A stretch of 64,000 bases of DNA from Bacteroidota bacterium (lineage in GTDB: Bacteria; Bacteroidota; Bacteroidia; Bacteroidales; JAIFNL01): contig JAIFNL010000080.1 in assembly GCA_020047755.1 (NCBI GenBank), positions 1,297 to 65,296 on the forward strand. The letters are read 5' to 3'. Of this stretch, positions 21,065-31,731 are shown one piece after another. The position numbers and the translations under genes were made by a program. Position 1 is the stretch's first letter. Every line of letters starts with the position of its first letter. The notes under the pieces were generated by a model that was given only the letters and a program-made list of their open reading frames with translations, had not been told where the DNA came from and made no database searches.

Positions 21065-21925
21065 ATGAGACAATTAAAGATTACTAAATCCATAACCAAC
21101 AGAGAAAGTGCGTCATTGGATAAGTATCTTCAAGAAATTGGGAAATACGAATTAATATCAGTAGAAGAAGAAGTAGAATTGGCACAGCGCATTAGAAAAG
21201 GAGACCGCATAGCCATCGAAAAATTAACTCGTGCCAACTTGCGATTTGTAGTGTCGGTTGCCAAACAGTATCAAAATCAAGGACTTAGTTTACCCGATTT
21301 AATTAACGAAGGCAACTTAGGGCTCATAAAAGCAGCAGAAAAATTTGACGAAACACGGGGTTTTAAATTCATTTCGTATGCTGTTTGGTGGATACGACAA
21401 TCCATTATGCAAGCAATCAATGAGCAGTCGCGTATTGTTCGCCTGCCCTTAAATCAAGTAAGTTCGTTGAGTAAATACAAGAAAGCGGTATCGAAATTTG
21501 AACAAGAAAATGAACGCAAACCTACGCCTGAAGAAATTGCTAAAATTTTAGAACTTCCTGAAAATAAAATACTTGATACAATGAAAGTGTCAGGAAGACA
21601 CTTATCGGTTGATGCTCCTTTTGTAGCAGGCGAAGACAATAGCTTACTCGATGTAATCGAAAACGATGACTCTCCCATTGCTGACGGAAAATTGATGAAC
21701 GAATCACTTTCGCGTGAGATAGACCGTGCGTTTGCTACCCTAACCGAAAGAGAGCGTACTATTTTGCGCCTTGCTTTTGGAATTGGCGCGCCCGAAATGT
21801 CGCTCGAAGAAATTGGCGACCAATTTGGATTAACTCGCGAAAGAGTTAGACAGATTAAAGAAAAAGCAATCAGACGCTTACGCCATACTTCGCGTAGTAA
21901 CTTATTAAAAACATATTTAGGTTAA
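21065..21925 (+). CDS. rpoD: Primary RNA polymerase sigma factor (short Bacteroidota sigma-A/RpoD type)
   Basis: Regions 1.2-4.2 are present: [79 protein letters not shown]. 286 aa. Confidence 0.92.
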   Translation: MRQLKITKSITNRESASLDKYLQEIGKYELISVEEEVELAQRIRKGDRIAIEKLTRANLRFVVSVAKQYQNQGLSLPDLINEGNLGLIKAAEKFDETRGFKFISYAVWWIRQSIMQAINEQSRIVRLPLNQVSSLSKYKKAVSKFEQENERKPTPEEIAKILELPENKILDTMKVSGRHLSVDAPFVAGEDNSLLDVIENDDSPIADGKLMNESLSREIDRAFATLTERERTILRLAFGIGAPEMSLEEIGDQFGLTRERVRQIKEKAIRRLRHTSRSNLLKTYLG

Positions 21926-22095
21926 TTTTCTTTTTTTGAAAACGGCAAAATTCTTACTTGTCTTTGTATTTTAAACTCTCGCAGGGCAGTTTGAAACAAA
22001 AACAGATAAGAAATTTTGCTTGTTTATTCTACAAAAAAAAATTACTTTTACTTTCCGTATGAATTACATCGCTTATTATCCTTTTATTTGATAAA

Positions 22096-23313
22096 ATGAA
22101 ATTCAAAGATTTTAATTTTAAGTCTTCAGTTCTTGATGGAATTGAAGCAATTGGTTTTCAAACTCCTACGCCTATTCAAGAAGAAACAATTCCAATTATT
22201 CAATCTGGAAAAGATTTGATAGGAATTGCTCAAACCGGAACCGGAAAAACTGCTGCTTTTGTGCTACCTATTATAGATCAAATAATTAGAAAAGACTATC
22301 AATATGTTAGTACTCTTATACTTGCACCAACTCGCGAACTAGTAATGCAAATAGACCGGCAGATAGAAGGCTTGGCTTATTTTGTTGATATTTCGTCGAT
22401 TGCAGTGTACGGTGGTGGCGATGGTGCTGCATGGGATTCGCAAAAAAATGCGTTCACGCAAGGAGCTGATATTATTGTGGCAACCCCAGGACGCTTGCTT
22501 TCACACTTGGCATTCAATTACTTAGACTTGTCGCAATTGAAGCACTTAGTGCTCGATGAAGCCGATAAAATGCTGGACATGGGTTTTTACGACGACATTA
22601 AAAAGATTTTGACTTACACTCCCAAAGAGCGTCAAAGTTTGCTTTTTTCGGCTACCATGCCCGAAAAAATAAACAAATTGGCAAGCGAAATATTAGTAAA
22701 TCCTGAGCGTATTAGTTTTTCGGGGTCAAAACCAGCCGAAGGCGTAATACAAGCGGCTTATGTGCTTTACGACGACCAAAAAAATGATTTGATTGCATAT
22801 TTGCTCAAAGACAAAGAAGATTTGAAAAATATACTCGTATTTACTTCAACCAAAAAAAATTGCAAATCGCTTTACAGCGACCTTACACGCAAGGGTTTTT
22901 TGGCAAAAGATATACATTCAGATTTAGAACAAAATGAACGAATAGAGGTACTAAGGGAATTTAAAAATCACTCGTTTCAAATACTGATAGCTACCGACAT
23001 TTTGTCGCGAGGCATTGATATTGAGAATATTGACTTGGTCATAAATTATGATATTCCGGCAGATGCCGAAGATTATGTGCACCGAATTGGGCGCACGGCA
23101 AGGGCAAAATCGGAAGGTTTGGCAATAAGCTTAATAAACGAAAAAGACCAGCAAAATTTTGGCAAAATAGAGAAATTAATAGAAACAGATATATTTAAAA
23201 TACCTTTACCTCCATTTTTAGGAAAAGCACCGGAATACAGCCCGAAAAAAAATAATGGAGGGAAATATAAAAAATTTTCTCATAAGAAAAAGAATTTTTC
23301 AAAAAATAAATAA
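22096..23313 (+). CDS. DEAD-box ATP-dependent RNA helicase
   Basis: Q-motif region, AQTGTGKTAAF, PTRELV, DEADKML, SAT, HRIGRTARA. Basic Lys-rich C-terminal tail. Confidence 0.92.
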   Translation: MKFKDFNFKSSVLDGIEAIGFQTPTPIQEETIPIIQSGKDLIGIAQTGTGKTAAFVLPIIDQIIRKDYQYVSTLILAPTRELVMQIDRQIEGLAYFVDISSIAVYGGGDGAAWDSQKNAFTQGADIIVATPGRLLSHLAFNYLDLSQLKHLVLDEADKMLDMGFYDDIKKILTYTPKERQSLLFSATMPEKINKLASEILVNPERISFSGSKPAEGVIQAAYVLYDDQKNDLIAYLLKDKEDLKNILVFTSTKKNCKSLYSDLTRKGFLAKDIHSDLEQNERIEVLREFKNHSFQILIATDILSRGIDIENIDLVINYDIPADAEDYVHRIGRTARAKSEGLAISLINEKDQQNFGKIEKLIETDIFKIPLPPFLGKAPEYSPKKNNGGKYKKFSHKKKNFSKNK

Positions 23314-23622
23314 TTGATTTTTAATACAATACAATTTTATATTTTTTTTAGTTGCCCTTTAAATAAATAGGTATGTGTGCATTTGGGCATTAAAAATAAA
23401 CTAATTATTTGTAAATTGCGGAATTGAAATTTCTTTTTCGAGGTAAATCAATATAACAAAACATAGCTAACTTTTTAGAGGCAGATAAAATTAAAAACAG
23501 AGATTACTTAATTGTAAACGAAGATTTTAGCCTGCAAAAAAAGAGCAAAGAAAAAGTAATTTATAGCAGAACTCAAAGAAAAAAAACAAATTATTTTAAA
23601 ACTATAAAAGTAAAACGCTCAA

Positions 23623-23937
23623 ATGAGAAAAAAAATTCTTTATTCCACTTTAGCAATCACTTCTTTATTTGCTATGGTAAGCCTTTATTTCTCTATCAAT
23701 CACCCCGTTTCGATTTGGAAAGATGACGTAAAAACATGGGAGACAATAACTTATAATGTTTTTGAATTTATTGGTAGTACCTCCGATATTTTGCATTTAA
23801 TAACGGGCTTACCCACTTTTATTTTCATAGTTTTGCTTTTTCTTACCTTGTGGGTTATACTATATATTGTTTTCTTGCTTATTTCGCTTTTATTTTCAGA
23901 AAAAACAACTAAGCATGAAAACAATTTAGCGGTATAA
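23623..23937 (+). CDS. Small membrane protein (hypothetical)
   Basis: Two clearly hydrophobic helices (YSTLAITSLFAMVSLYF; PTFIFIVLLFLTLWVILYIVFLLISLLF). No family recognised. Confidence 0.45.
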   Translation: MRKKILYSTLAITSLFAMVSLYFSINHPVSIWKDDVKTWETITYNVFEFIGSTSDILHLITGLPTFIFIVLLFLTLWVILYIVFLLISLLFSEKTTKHENNLAV

Positions 23938-23941
23938 TTTT

Positions 23942-24889
23942 TTAAAAGTTTTCAGGTCTTTTAAAAACAACTAAAACGGGTCTATTTGTTTTATCTAAAC
24001 CCAATTTTTGTCCGTATATTGATGTTTTTTCTCCGTTATTATCTATTCCTACCCAAATTTCGTTTTTGGTAAGTAAAAGCGATTCGGCAGTTCCGTACTC
24101 GGGATTTTCGGTTTCGTAAAGTCTCTGCTTGTTTGGATTAAAAATATTTTTAAACGAAACAGAATCTAAAGCATTGGTTTTTAAGTCTATTCTGAATATT
24201 TGGCTTTCATTTCTTTCTAATAAATACAACTTTCCGTCTTCTATTTTAGCGTCGGTAAAATCATCGGTTTGGGTATTAAATAGTTTAGTAAATGGTTCGT
24301 ACAATTCATTGGTTTTCAGATTGAAAGCATAAATATTTCGGGGTTCGCGTTCTTTGAGCAAATACAAAATTTCATGCTCTGGGTCAAATGCAACTCCTTC
24401 CAAACCTTTGTTGTTCCATTCCGAAATATCGAGCTTTAGTTTGCTCCAATCAATGGGCAATATTTTGATAAAACAATTGTCGAAATCGATGCTATACACT
24501 TGGCTAAGCCGCTCATTGATAATAAAAAAGCCGTTATGAGATGCTTCAATTCCCTCAAAATCAATATCTTCGTAAACACAGATTTTACGTTCGTCCACTA
24601 TTTTTATTTTATTTTTGAGTGTATCAATTTGATAAATTGACTTGTTCCAAACTTTGTCGGCTACCACAAAAACCTTCTCTCCTACTTGCACTATTCCGCT
24701 TAAATCGAAGCGCACATCTCCTTCTATTTCAAACTGTTTTACACCATCTTTATTTAATTCCAACTCCAGTGTTTGCGTTTTTGATACCGTATTTTGGTTT
24801 AATGAATTCTTATCAGAATCAACATTTTGGCAAGAAAAAAAACTCAACATTAGGCTTAATGCTAAAAAAATAGTTAATCTCATATTCAT
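23942..24889 (-). CDS. Lipoprotein, beta-propeller-like, tentatively SdiA-regulated/YjiK-like family
   Basis: Lipoprotein signal ...LSFFSCQN. GLEGVAFDPEHEILYLLKEREPRNIYAFNL resembles that family. Tentative. Confidence 0.45.
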   Translation of the reverse strand: MNMRLTIFLALSLMLSFFSCQNVDSDKNSLNQNTVSKTQTLELELNKDGVKQFEIEGDVRFDLSGIVQVGEKVFVVADKVWNKSIYQIDTLKNKIKIVDERKICVYEDIDFEGIEASHNGFFIINERLSQVYSIDFDNCFIKILPIDWSKLKLDISEWNNKGLEGVAFDPEHEILYLLKEREPRNIYAFNLKTNELYEPFTKLFNTQTDDFTDAKIEDGKLYLLERNESQIFRIDLKTNALDSVSFKNIFNPNKQRLYETENPEYGTAESLLLTKNEIWVGIDNNGEKTSIYGQKLGLDKTNRPVLVVFKRPENF

Positions 24890-24923
24890 TTTAAGGTTAA
24901 ATTATTGTGTTTTTGTTATAAAA

Positions 24924-25916
24924 TTAGCGATAAAAGTTGGTCGCAAATGCTTTAAATTCGCCTTTGTTGAGAACAATTCGTTTGAAAAATGCCACCATAA
25001 AGCCTGAACCATAAGCCCAAAGTTGTATAAATGAAGCTATTACCGATAAAAAAGCAATCGAGAGATTTTTGGTTTTTGCCAACGAATCTACAAAAAATGC
25101 CAAAGCGATAACTAACAAAGGCGCTAAAAACCAAAAAGATAGCAACGAAAGCAAGACAAGAAAAATACTACCTTCAAAAAAAACGGCTGGTAAAAAATGT
25201 ACTAATTTCAGCGACTTTGGGTGTCGCTTGTATAAATTGATGCGAGCAATTCCAGAGTTATAAACTTGCTTAAAAAATTGCTTGAAATTTGTTCTACGTT
25301 TATGATAAACAGCTGCTTGACTAATTAATTTGGTGGTAAAATCAGCTTGAATAATACGCAAACTCATGTCCACATCTTCGCCAAAACGCATTTCGGAAAA
25401 ACCTTTTGTAACAGCAAAAACGTCCTTTGAAAAACCCATATTGAAGCTGCGCGGGTGAAACTTGTCCATGCGTTCTTTTCCGCCACGAATGCCGCCTGTG
25501 GTGAGTGTAGAAGTCATTGAATACGAAATGGCTTTTTGAATATTGGTAAAACTGCTATGTGCCATATCTGGTCCACCATAAGCATCAATTTTTTCACTTT
25601 CGAGTGTATTTTTTACTATTTCGAAGTACTTTTCGGGAATAATACAATCGGAATCGAAAAAAACGATGTAATTGCCTTTTGCATAGTTAGCACCATAATT
25701 TCGGCTAAGTCCTGGTCCTGTATTTTCTTTTGTAAGATATTGAATAGTAAGCTTTTCAATATAATTATTCACCACTTTTCGGCATGGAATTTGCGAGCCG
25801 TCTTCCACTATAATAACCTCAAAATTTTTATAGGTTTGATGGGTTAAACTTTCCAACAATTCATCTACTTCATCGGAGCGATTATATACAGGAATTACTA
25901 CACTAAAATATGTCAT
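24924..25916 (-). CDS. Family 2 glycosyltransferase with C-terminal TM segments
   Basis: FSVVIPVYNRSDEVDELLESLTHQTYKNFEVIIVEDGS, FFDSDC (DxD-like), hydrophobic C-terminus. Confidence 0.85.
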   Translation of the reverse strand: MTYFSVVIPVYNRSDEVDELLESLTHQTYKNFEVIIVEDGSQIPCRKVVNNYIEKLTIQYLTKENTGPGLSRNYGANYAKGNYIVFFDSDCIIPEKYFEIVKNTLESEKIDAYGGPDMAHSSFTNIQKAISYSMTSTLTTGGIRGGKERMDKFHPRSFNMGFSKDVFAVTKGFSEMRFGEDVDMSLRIIQADFTTKLISQAAVYHKRRTNFKQFFKQVYNSGIARINLYKRHPKSLKLVHFLPAVFFEGSIFLVLLSLLSFWFLAPLLVIALAFFVDSLAKTKNLSIAFLSVIASFIQLWAYGSGFMVAFFKRIVLNKGEFKAFATNFYR

Positions 25917-25949
25917 TTATCAAAAATATAGTTAAAATATTATGCGATT

Positions 25950-26411
25950 TTAAGCAAATTTTGCCTTTAATAAATTAATTACTTTTTTTTCAATAGGAAA
26001 AAGAAAATCGTCTTGAGTCAATTCTTCAATTTTAGCAAATCGAAACGACTGAAAATCCTCGAATGCTCCAGGAAAATCGAATGCTACCTTAGATATTTTG
26101 AACTCAATAGGCTGCACAAAACGTGCAAAATAATATACATTAACGACTTGTACATCGTCCCAAAACATGGCTCGCTGAAAAAAGTCGGTAGTATAAAAAT
26201 GTTCTAAAACCTCTATTTCTTGCCGAAATTCTTCTACGGCTTCGCGCTTCAAGCAATCGATTATACCTTCGCCAAATTCTAAACCGCCGCCAGGAAACTT
26301 GGTCATATTCACGCCTTTGTGAACCTCATCGCTCAATAAAACTTCATTGCTTTCGTTAAGTATTAAATGATAAGCTCTGATGGTAAACCTTTTTATTATA
26401 TTCATTTTCAA
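25950..26411 (-). CDS. NUDIX hydrolase
   Basis: Nudix box GGGLEFGEGIIDCLKREAVEEFRQEI (Gx5Ex7REUxEExGU pattern). Confidence 0.85.
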   Translation of the reverse strand: MKMNIIKRFTIRAYHLILNESNEVLLSDEVHKGVNMTKFPGGGLEFGEGIIDCLKREAVEEFRQEIEVLEHFYTTDFFQRAMFWDDVQVVNVYYFARFVQPIEFKISKVAFDFPGAFEDFQSFRFAKIEELTQDDFLFPIEKKVINLLKAKFA

Positions 26412-26558
26412 ATTATTAGACAGCGTGAGATAACTTTTAATTGTTACTTATATATAACAGACAAAATTACTAATTGTTAATTCCTAATTTCAACGATTCC
26501 TAAATCTGGGTGCAAAAATACAAAACTTTATTTTTGTTGAAACATTTCTGCAATTATT

Positions 26559-26589
26559 CTTGCAAAGCCAAAGCTTTTCTCTAACTTTG
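26559..26589 (+). promoter_or_regulatory. Candidate promoter cTTG-N19-TAacTTTG, about 195 nt upstream of mqnA
   Basis: TAACTTTG at 26582-26589 and TTG ending at 26562 with a 19-nt spacer. This implies an unusually long leader if it drives mqnA. Confidence 0.35.
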
Positions 26590-26785
26590 AATTTCAAATC
26601 TATTTAAAATTTGGAGTCTTTCCTTCATGAGTTAAAGCATTATTTTTCAAATAGATAATTCAATATATTTAAAATTGAATTAGCATAAGTTTCTATTTTA
26701 CAGCAAATTTATAGCCAAATAAATTCAATAAATAATTTACTTTTTAAGAATATTTATAAAATTTTAGAAAACAAAATTCATTCAA

Positions 26786-27538
26786 ATGCTCAAAAAAATA
26801 AAAATATCGGCTGTTTCATACCAAAATACAATTCCTTTTTTGTACGGCATCGAAAATTCAGAGTTCATCGACAGAAATACCTGCGTTTCGTTAGATATTC
26901 CTTCGGAATGTGCACGTAAACTTCTTGATAATGAAGTAGATATAGGTTTAATTCCCATAGCAATTTTGCCTTTGCTCGAAAAATATACAATTATTTCGGA
27001 CTATTGCATTGGTGCCGAAGGAGATGTAAAAACAGTTTTGTTACTTAGCGAGGTTCCTCTCAATGAAATAGAGCGAGTTTATCTTGATTATCAATCACGT
27101 ACATCGGTTAATTTATTGATTGTTTTAGCCAAGCATTTTTGGCAAATCAACCCTGTTTTCAAACACGCTCGCCCAGGTTACGAAGACGAAATCAGTGGCA
27201 CAACGGCGGGAGTTGTAATTGGCGATAGATGTTTTTCGCTCAAAAACAAGTACAAATATGTATATGACCTTTCGGGCGAATGGACAAAATTCACTAATTT
27301 ACCGTTTGTTTTTGCGTGCTGGGTTGCAAACAAAGAGTTAGATGCTACATTTGTAGAGCAATTCAACTCTGCCTTAAAGTTTGGTATTGAGCATATTACC
27401 GAAAGTATTGCAAATTACTCAAACCACCTTTTGAACGATGAAGAGTTATCGAGTTATCTAAAAAACGACATAAAATTTCTCTTCGACGATAAAAAACGCC
27501 AAGGCTTAAATCTTTTTTTAGATTATTTGAATAAATAA
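26786..27538 (+). CDS. mqnA: Chorismate dehydratase MqnA (futalosine menaquinone pathway)
   Basis: KISAVSYQNTIPFLYGI, DIGLIPIA, PFVFACWVA. Length and periplasmic-binding-protein-like pattern fit the MqnA/DUF178 family. Confidence 0.7.
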   Translation: MLKKIKISAVSYQNTIPFLYGIENSEFIDRNTCVSLDIPSECARKLLDNEVDIGLIPIAILPLLEKYTIISDYCIGAEGDVKTVLLLSEVPLNEIERVYLDYQSRTSVNLLIVLAKHFWQINPVFKHARPGYEDEISGTTAGVVIGDRCFSLKNKYKYVYDLSGEWTKFTNLPFVFACWVANKELDATFVEQFNSALKFGIEHITESIANYSNHLLNDEELSSYLKNDIKFLFDDKKRQGLNLFLDYLNK

Positions 27539-27568
27539 CAACACAATTTTCAAAAATAAAAACCAAAA

Positions 27569-27601
27569 AACTTTCCGAAAATGAAAAACTTTCGGAAAGT
27601 T
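27569..27601 (-). terminator. Rho-independent terminator for the minus-strand gene ending at 27605
   Basis: aactttccgaaa / tttcggaaagtt 12-bp stem. On the minus strand it is followed by ttttttggttttt. Confidence 0.65.
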
Positions 27602-27604
27602 AAA

Positions 27605-27979
27605 TTAATCTAAAATTAGCCATTCAAACGCCTCTTCTTCAGTAGAAAAAGCACGCATATCGCCGCCTATTATTTTATTGTATAAATTCAAAAATACCTG
27701 TTTAGTTCCTGATATACCAAAAACCGCTTGTTTTTTAAGATAAGGCTTAGCTTCATTTCCAGCTTCTTTTAATCGGGCAAAAGCTTCACCAATTATAAAA
27801 CTATTTTCCAAATTTATCAGCATCAATTGCGTTTTTTGTTCTTTCGTTTCTATATGCTTCTTTCTAAAGGCATTAGTAATATCTAATACAGTTAAAAAAT
27901 TTTGTTCGCTTTTCAAGTTAGAATAATCCACATAATAAATTTCTTTTCCTTTGTATTCTCTAAAATAAACTCTTTCCAT
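27605..27979 (-). CDS. Small STAS/SEC14-like (SpoIIAA-like fold) protein, hypothetical
   Basis: The ATG at 27979 (MERVYF...) is preferred. C-terminal pattern KKQAVFGISG...RAFSTEEEAFEWL is typical of STAS/SEC14-like small proteins. Confidence 0.5.
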   Translation of the reverse strand: MERVYFREYKGKEIYYVDYSNLKSEQNFLTVLDITNAFRKKHIETKEQKTQLMLINLENSFIIGEAFARLKEAGNEAKPYLKKQAVFGISGTKQVFLNLYNKIIGGDMRAFSTEEEAFEWLILD

Positions 27980-28110
27980 TCTTTTAATATAAAAACATAT
28001 AAAAACTGATTTAAGCAATTATAATAAAAAAAACTACATATATTTGTATATAAGCATTTTAAATAATTGCAAAAACAAAACAACAAACCATTTTCCTTAT
28101 ATCCTAAAAA

Positions 28111-28683
28111 CTAATTCTCTTCTTTAACATTCTCAAAATAAGGTACAAACGGGCTATAATTGCGTTTTGTAAACTGCACGCCTACTTCTATGTTTTTTGT
28201 TACTTTGTACTTTGCTCCTACCGAGTAATCTAAATTATCAAAGGCATTCGGATTCATTTGTCCCGAAAAAACATTGTTACGATAAAGCACAGAACCCACT
28301 ATTTGTAATTTTTCGGTTACTTGATAAGCTCCCGACAAATACACATAACTATTTATAAACGAATTGTTTAACTTATTACCTTCAGCATCGTAGCTTTGCG
28401 ACAAAAGCTGATTATTGCTCAAAATAAAACCAGCTGTAAGCGAAAACCTAGAAGTAAACCGGTAATTAAGATTGGGGTTTGCATACGTTGAAAACATAGA
28501 ACCACCTTTCCAAGCTGTAAAAGCTGTGCCTAAATTAAAATTGCTGCTCCAGCGTTGCAATTTGATAGGAGTTGCTGGTTCAAACGTATTTCCTTGATTT
28601 ATAATGTACTCTTCTTCTGCACTTTGTGCAAAAGACGACATTGAAAAAACAAGAAGCCAAAAGCTAAAAATATATTTCTTCAT
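28111..28683 (-). CDS. Small outer-membrane beta-barrel (porin-like) protein
   Basis: Signal peptide ...MSSFAQS, alternating beta-strand pattern, aromatic-rich strands (YSVGAKYKVTKNIEVGVQF). Confidence 0.65.
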   Translation of the reverse strand: MKKYIFSFWLLVFSMSSFAQSAEEEYIINQGNTFEPATPIKLQRWSSNFNLGTAFTAWKGGSMFSTYANPNLNYRFTSRFSLTAGFILSNNQLLSQSYDAEGNKLNNSFINSYVYLSGAYQVTEKLQIVGSVLYRNNVFSGQMNPNAFDNLDYSVGAKYKVTKNIEVGVQFTKRNYSPFVPYFENVKEEN

Positions 28684-28724
28684 TTGCTCTTTCTGTTTTA
28701 ATTATAATTACTTTTTTTTGAAAA

Positions 28725-28958
28725 CTACCAACTGTCATGTTGCCCAACAGGTTCTTTTCCAACAATAACGTCGTGAGTTTTCTCGCTAAGGTAGCAATTT
28801 TTTTCGTTTCTCAAAATTTCTACCAGCGTATTCATTTCTACGATATTTTTAAAATTAAGTTCGTATGTTTTTTCAGCCTCCAAATTCAAACGCATTTTGT
28901 AAGTTTCGTTTACCGGATTTGCTATTATTACATAAGTTTCTATCTTAATGAGTGCCAT
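28725..28958 (-). CDS. Small hypothetical protein (77 aa)
   Basis: ATG-initiated ORF in the same orientation as its neighbours. No family recognised, and coding status is uncertain. Confidence 0.35.
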   Translation of the reverse strand: MALIKIETYVIIANPVNETYKMRLNLEAEKTYELNFKNIVEMNTLVEILRNEKNCYLSEKTHDVIVGKEPVGQHDSW

Positions 28959-29008
28959 AATATTATATTTATATATTTTGTTTATACTAATTAAAGCCTA
29001 ATAAAAAA

Positions 29009-30493
29009 TCAATGTTCTTCCCAATTCAAAGAGCGATTCACTGCTTTTTTCCAATTCGAAAGGTACGCAATTCTTTGGTCATTATCAATAATTGGGTCAA
29101 ATTTTTTATCCACACTCCATTGCGTGCTTATTTCGTCAATGTTTTTCCAATATTTCACTGCCAAACCTGCCAAATAAGCTGCTCCCAAAGCGGTTGTTTC
29201 CAATATTTTGGGACGAACCACCGGAAAGTTGAGCAAGTCGGCTTGAAATTGCATTAAAAAGTCATTGGCAACTGCTCCTCCGTCAACTCTAAGTTCCGAA
29301 ACCGAAAGGCTTGCATCGAAAAGCATGGAATTTAGCACATCGTTCGACTGGAAAGCAATGGATTCTAAGGCTGCACGTGCAATGTGCGAAGCGGTTGTGG
29401 CGCGTGTGATTCCCAAAATGGCTCCACGTGCGTACTGATCCCAATGAGGTGCGCCAAGCCCCGTAAGTGCTGGCACAAAGTACACTCCACCATTATTTTC
29501 GACCTGCAAAGCCATTTGCTCGCTTTCTTTTGCCGACGAAATTATTTGCAAACCATCTCTAAGCCATTGAATGGCTGCACCACCAATAAATACGCTACCT
29601 TCGAGTGCATAATTTACGGTTTCGCCTATTTTCCAAGCTATGGTAGTGAGTAAATTATTTTTCGACAAAATGGGTTTTTCGCCCGTGTTGAGCATCATAA
29701 AACAGCCCGTTCCGTAAGTATTTTTAAGCATTCCTTCTTTTACACACATCTGACCAAAAAGTGAGGCTTGTTGATCGCCTGCAATGCCTGCAATAGCTAT
29801 GGGTTTGGTGAAAATAGAAGTATCGGTATAGCCATAAACCTCGCTCGACGATTTTACTTCGGGCAACAAGCCTTTGGGAATATCGAAGAGTTGAAGCAAT
29901 TCATCGTCCCATTGCAATGTATTGATATTAAAGAGCATAGTTCTACTTGCGTTGCTTACATCTGTTACGTGAATTTTTCCTCCGGTTAGTTTCCAAACAA
30001 GCCAAGAATCGACCGTTCCGAAAGCCAATTCGCCATTTTCGGCTTGTAAACGTGCGCCTTCCACGTTGTCGAGTATCCATTTTATCTTAGTTGCCGAAAA
30101 ATAAGCATCTATCACCAAGCCGGTTTTGTTTTGGATAAGTTCAATGTGATGCTGCTTCAATGTATCGCAAAAGGCAGCAGTTCGGCGGTCTTGCCAAACG
30201 ATGGCGTTGTAAATAGGTCGTCCGGTTTTTCTGTTCCAAACGAGCGTTGTTTCGCGCTGGTTGGTAATGCCAATGGCGGCTATATCTTTAGATTGTAAAT
30301 TACTGTTAATGAGCACTTCGGCAGCAACAGCAGCTTGCGTATTCCATATTTCGTCGGGGTTGTGTTCTACCCAAGCCGATTGTGGATAAATTTGCGTAAA
30401 TTCTTTTTGTTCAATAGCAACTATCTCGCCTTTTTTATCGAACAAAATAGCCCGCGAGCTGGTTGTTCCTTGGTCTAATGAAAGAATATACAT
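29009..30493 (-). CDS. glpK: Glycerol kinase
   Basis: [41 protein letters not shown]-like ([12 protein letters not shown]), full-length FGGY kinase. Confidence 0.97.
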   Translation of the reverse strand: MYILSLDQGTTSSRAILFDKKGEIVAIEQKEFTQIYPQSAWVEHNPDEIWNTQAAVAAEVLINSNLQSKDIAAIGITNQRETTLVWNRKTGRPIYNAIVWQDRRTAAFCDTLKQHHIELIQNKTGLVIDAYFSATKIKWILDNVEGARLQAENGELAFGTVDSWLVWKLTGGKIHVTDVSNASRTMLFNINTLQWDDELLQLFDIPKGLLPEVKSSSEVYGYTDTSIFTKPIAIAGIAGDQQASLFGQMCVKEGMLKNTYGTGCFMMLNTGEKPILSKNNLLTTIAWKIGETVNYALEGSVFIGGAAIQWLRDGLQIISSAKESEQMALQVENNGGVYFVPALTGLGAPHWDQYARGAILGITRATTASHIARAALESIAFQSNDVLNSMLFDASLSVSELRVDGGAVANDFLMQFQADLLNFPVVRPKILETTALGAAYLAGLAVKYWKNIDEISTQWSVDKKFDPIIDNDQRIAYLSNWKKAVNRSLNWEEH

Positions 30494-30580
30494 AGTTTTG
30501 TTTTTTTAAATTATTTTGTCGAAAAACACGCTACTTCAATTTTCCAAAATTACATTTTTTTTCATTTTTTACAAAAAATT

Positions 30581-30665
30581 TGATAACGAAACTTGAGAAT
30601 AACCAAATAAAAAAAATGAATTACGCAACTTTCTTAAAATTCCATAACAAATTCAATAAGAATGA
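30581..30665 (+). repeat. Partial, degenerate copy of repeat element A (A5)
   Basis: tgataacgaaacttgagaataacc...aattacgcaactttcttaaaattccataacaaattc is collinear with the 5' half of A2. Confidence 0.45.
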
Positions 30666-30878
30666 CAAAAAAATACCACGAATTTACGAATTATAAACGA
30701 TTTCCATAATTTAAAAATATAAAAAATAATTTATTAGTAATAAAATGATAAAATAAACTCTGTCAAACATATTGCAAATTTGCTTTGTTATTAAATTGTT
30801 TAAAAAAAAAAATGTTATAATTTTAAATTGCTTTTTTTCTATAAAACAACCAAAATTTATTTTTTTGTCAATTTCTTT

Positions 30879-31685
30879 TTATTCGGCTGCTGCGCCCATA
30901 AAAATAGCAACAACTTTATCGTTTTCGAGGTCAAAGAAAATTCCACCAAACGCGCTTCCTACTATAATAGGCGTATTTTCTTTATTTCTTGGGTCTATTT
31001 CTTTTTTATAAGCTTCCGAAACTTGTGCGCGAGAGCTTCCAATTTTTATTTTTCGAGAAGTTTCGAGTTTGCAGCCTTCGAAAATACTTATTCGGAAAAG
31101 AGTTTTCTGGTTTGAATTTTCCCAACATACATTCAACTCTATGCCTTGATTTTTGTAAAACCAATCTTGATGCACCAAACCGTCGGTATCCCAAACGATG
31201 GCTTGCGAAACCTGGTCGGGCTTGCCTATATTTTTAAGTATCGCCTCTTCGGTCATTTCTATTTTTAAGTTGCCAATTTGCTCTGTTTGTAAAAGGTTCA
31301 TTCCTAATTGAGTATAAATGCTATCGTAACGAATATCGCGCCATTCGCTAAGCGATTGGCTGGCAGCATTTTCAATATTTTGAACCCAAATCTCTTTCGT
31401 TGAAGGGTTTACAAAGAAATGGAAATACGTTTCAAAACGCTCCTTTCCATTGTACCCAACTTGAACTGTCCACACATCGGCACTTTCGGTAGAAGGCTCG
31501 ATAATGAGCGAAATTTGTTGTTGTTTTTTAGTAATAGAATCTACCAACTGGTTCATTTCCTGCACTTCGGGCAAAGACAAAATGGTGTCTTGAATAAATT
31601 TTTCGGTAGAAGAAATTTGTTTTTCTTTTGGGTTACAACTTGTTACAAAAAAGAAAATAATTAAAACAGGAATTAAATTTTTCAT
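30879..31685 (-). CDS. Hypothetical lipoprotein
   Basis: Lipobox IIFFFVTSCNPKE. No family recognised. Confidence 0.55.
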   Translation of the reverse strand: MKNLIPVLIIFFFVTSCNPKEKQISSTEKFIQDTILSLPEVQEMNQLVDSITKKQQQISLIIEPSTESADVWTVQVGYNGKERFETYFHFFVNPSTKEIWVQNIENAASQSLSEWRDIRYDSIYTQLGMNLLQTEQIGNLKIEMTEEAILKNIGKPDQVSQAIVWDTDGLVHQDWFYKNQGIELNVCWENSNQKTLFRISIFEGCKLETSRKIKIGSSRAQVSEAYKKEIDPRNKENTPIIVGSAFGGIFFDLENDKVVAIFMGAAAE

Positions 31686-31731
31686 CTCCTATAAAGTTAA
31701 AAGTTATTTTGTAAAGTCTATACTAATAATT

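Noticed and set aside
21926-22095. Long-range imperfect inverted repeat after rpoD (gcaaaattcttac...gataagaaattttgc) as a terminator.
   Set aside because: The stem is interrupted, the loop is about 45 nt and there is no clear T-run. Too weak to call.
30772-31115. Two + strand ORFs (79 and 95 aa) near the 3' end of the lipoprotein gene.
   Set aside because: They overlap the minus-strand lipoprotein CDS and AT-rich spacer. TTG/low-complexity starts and no family resemblance.
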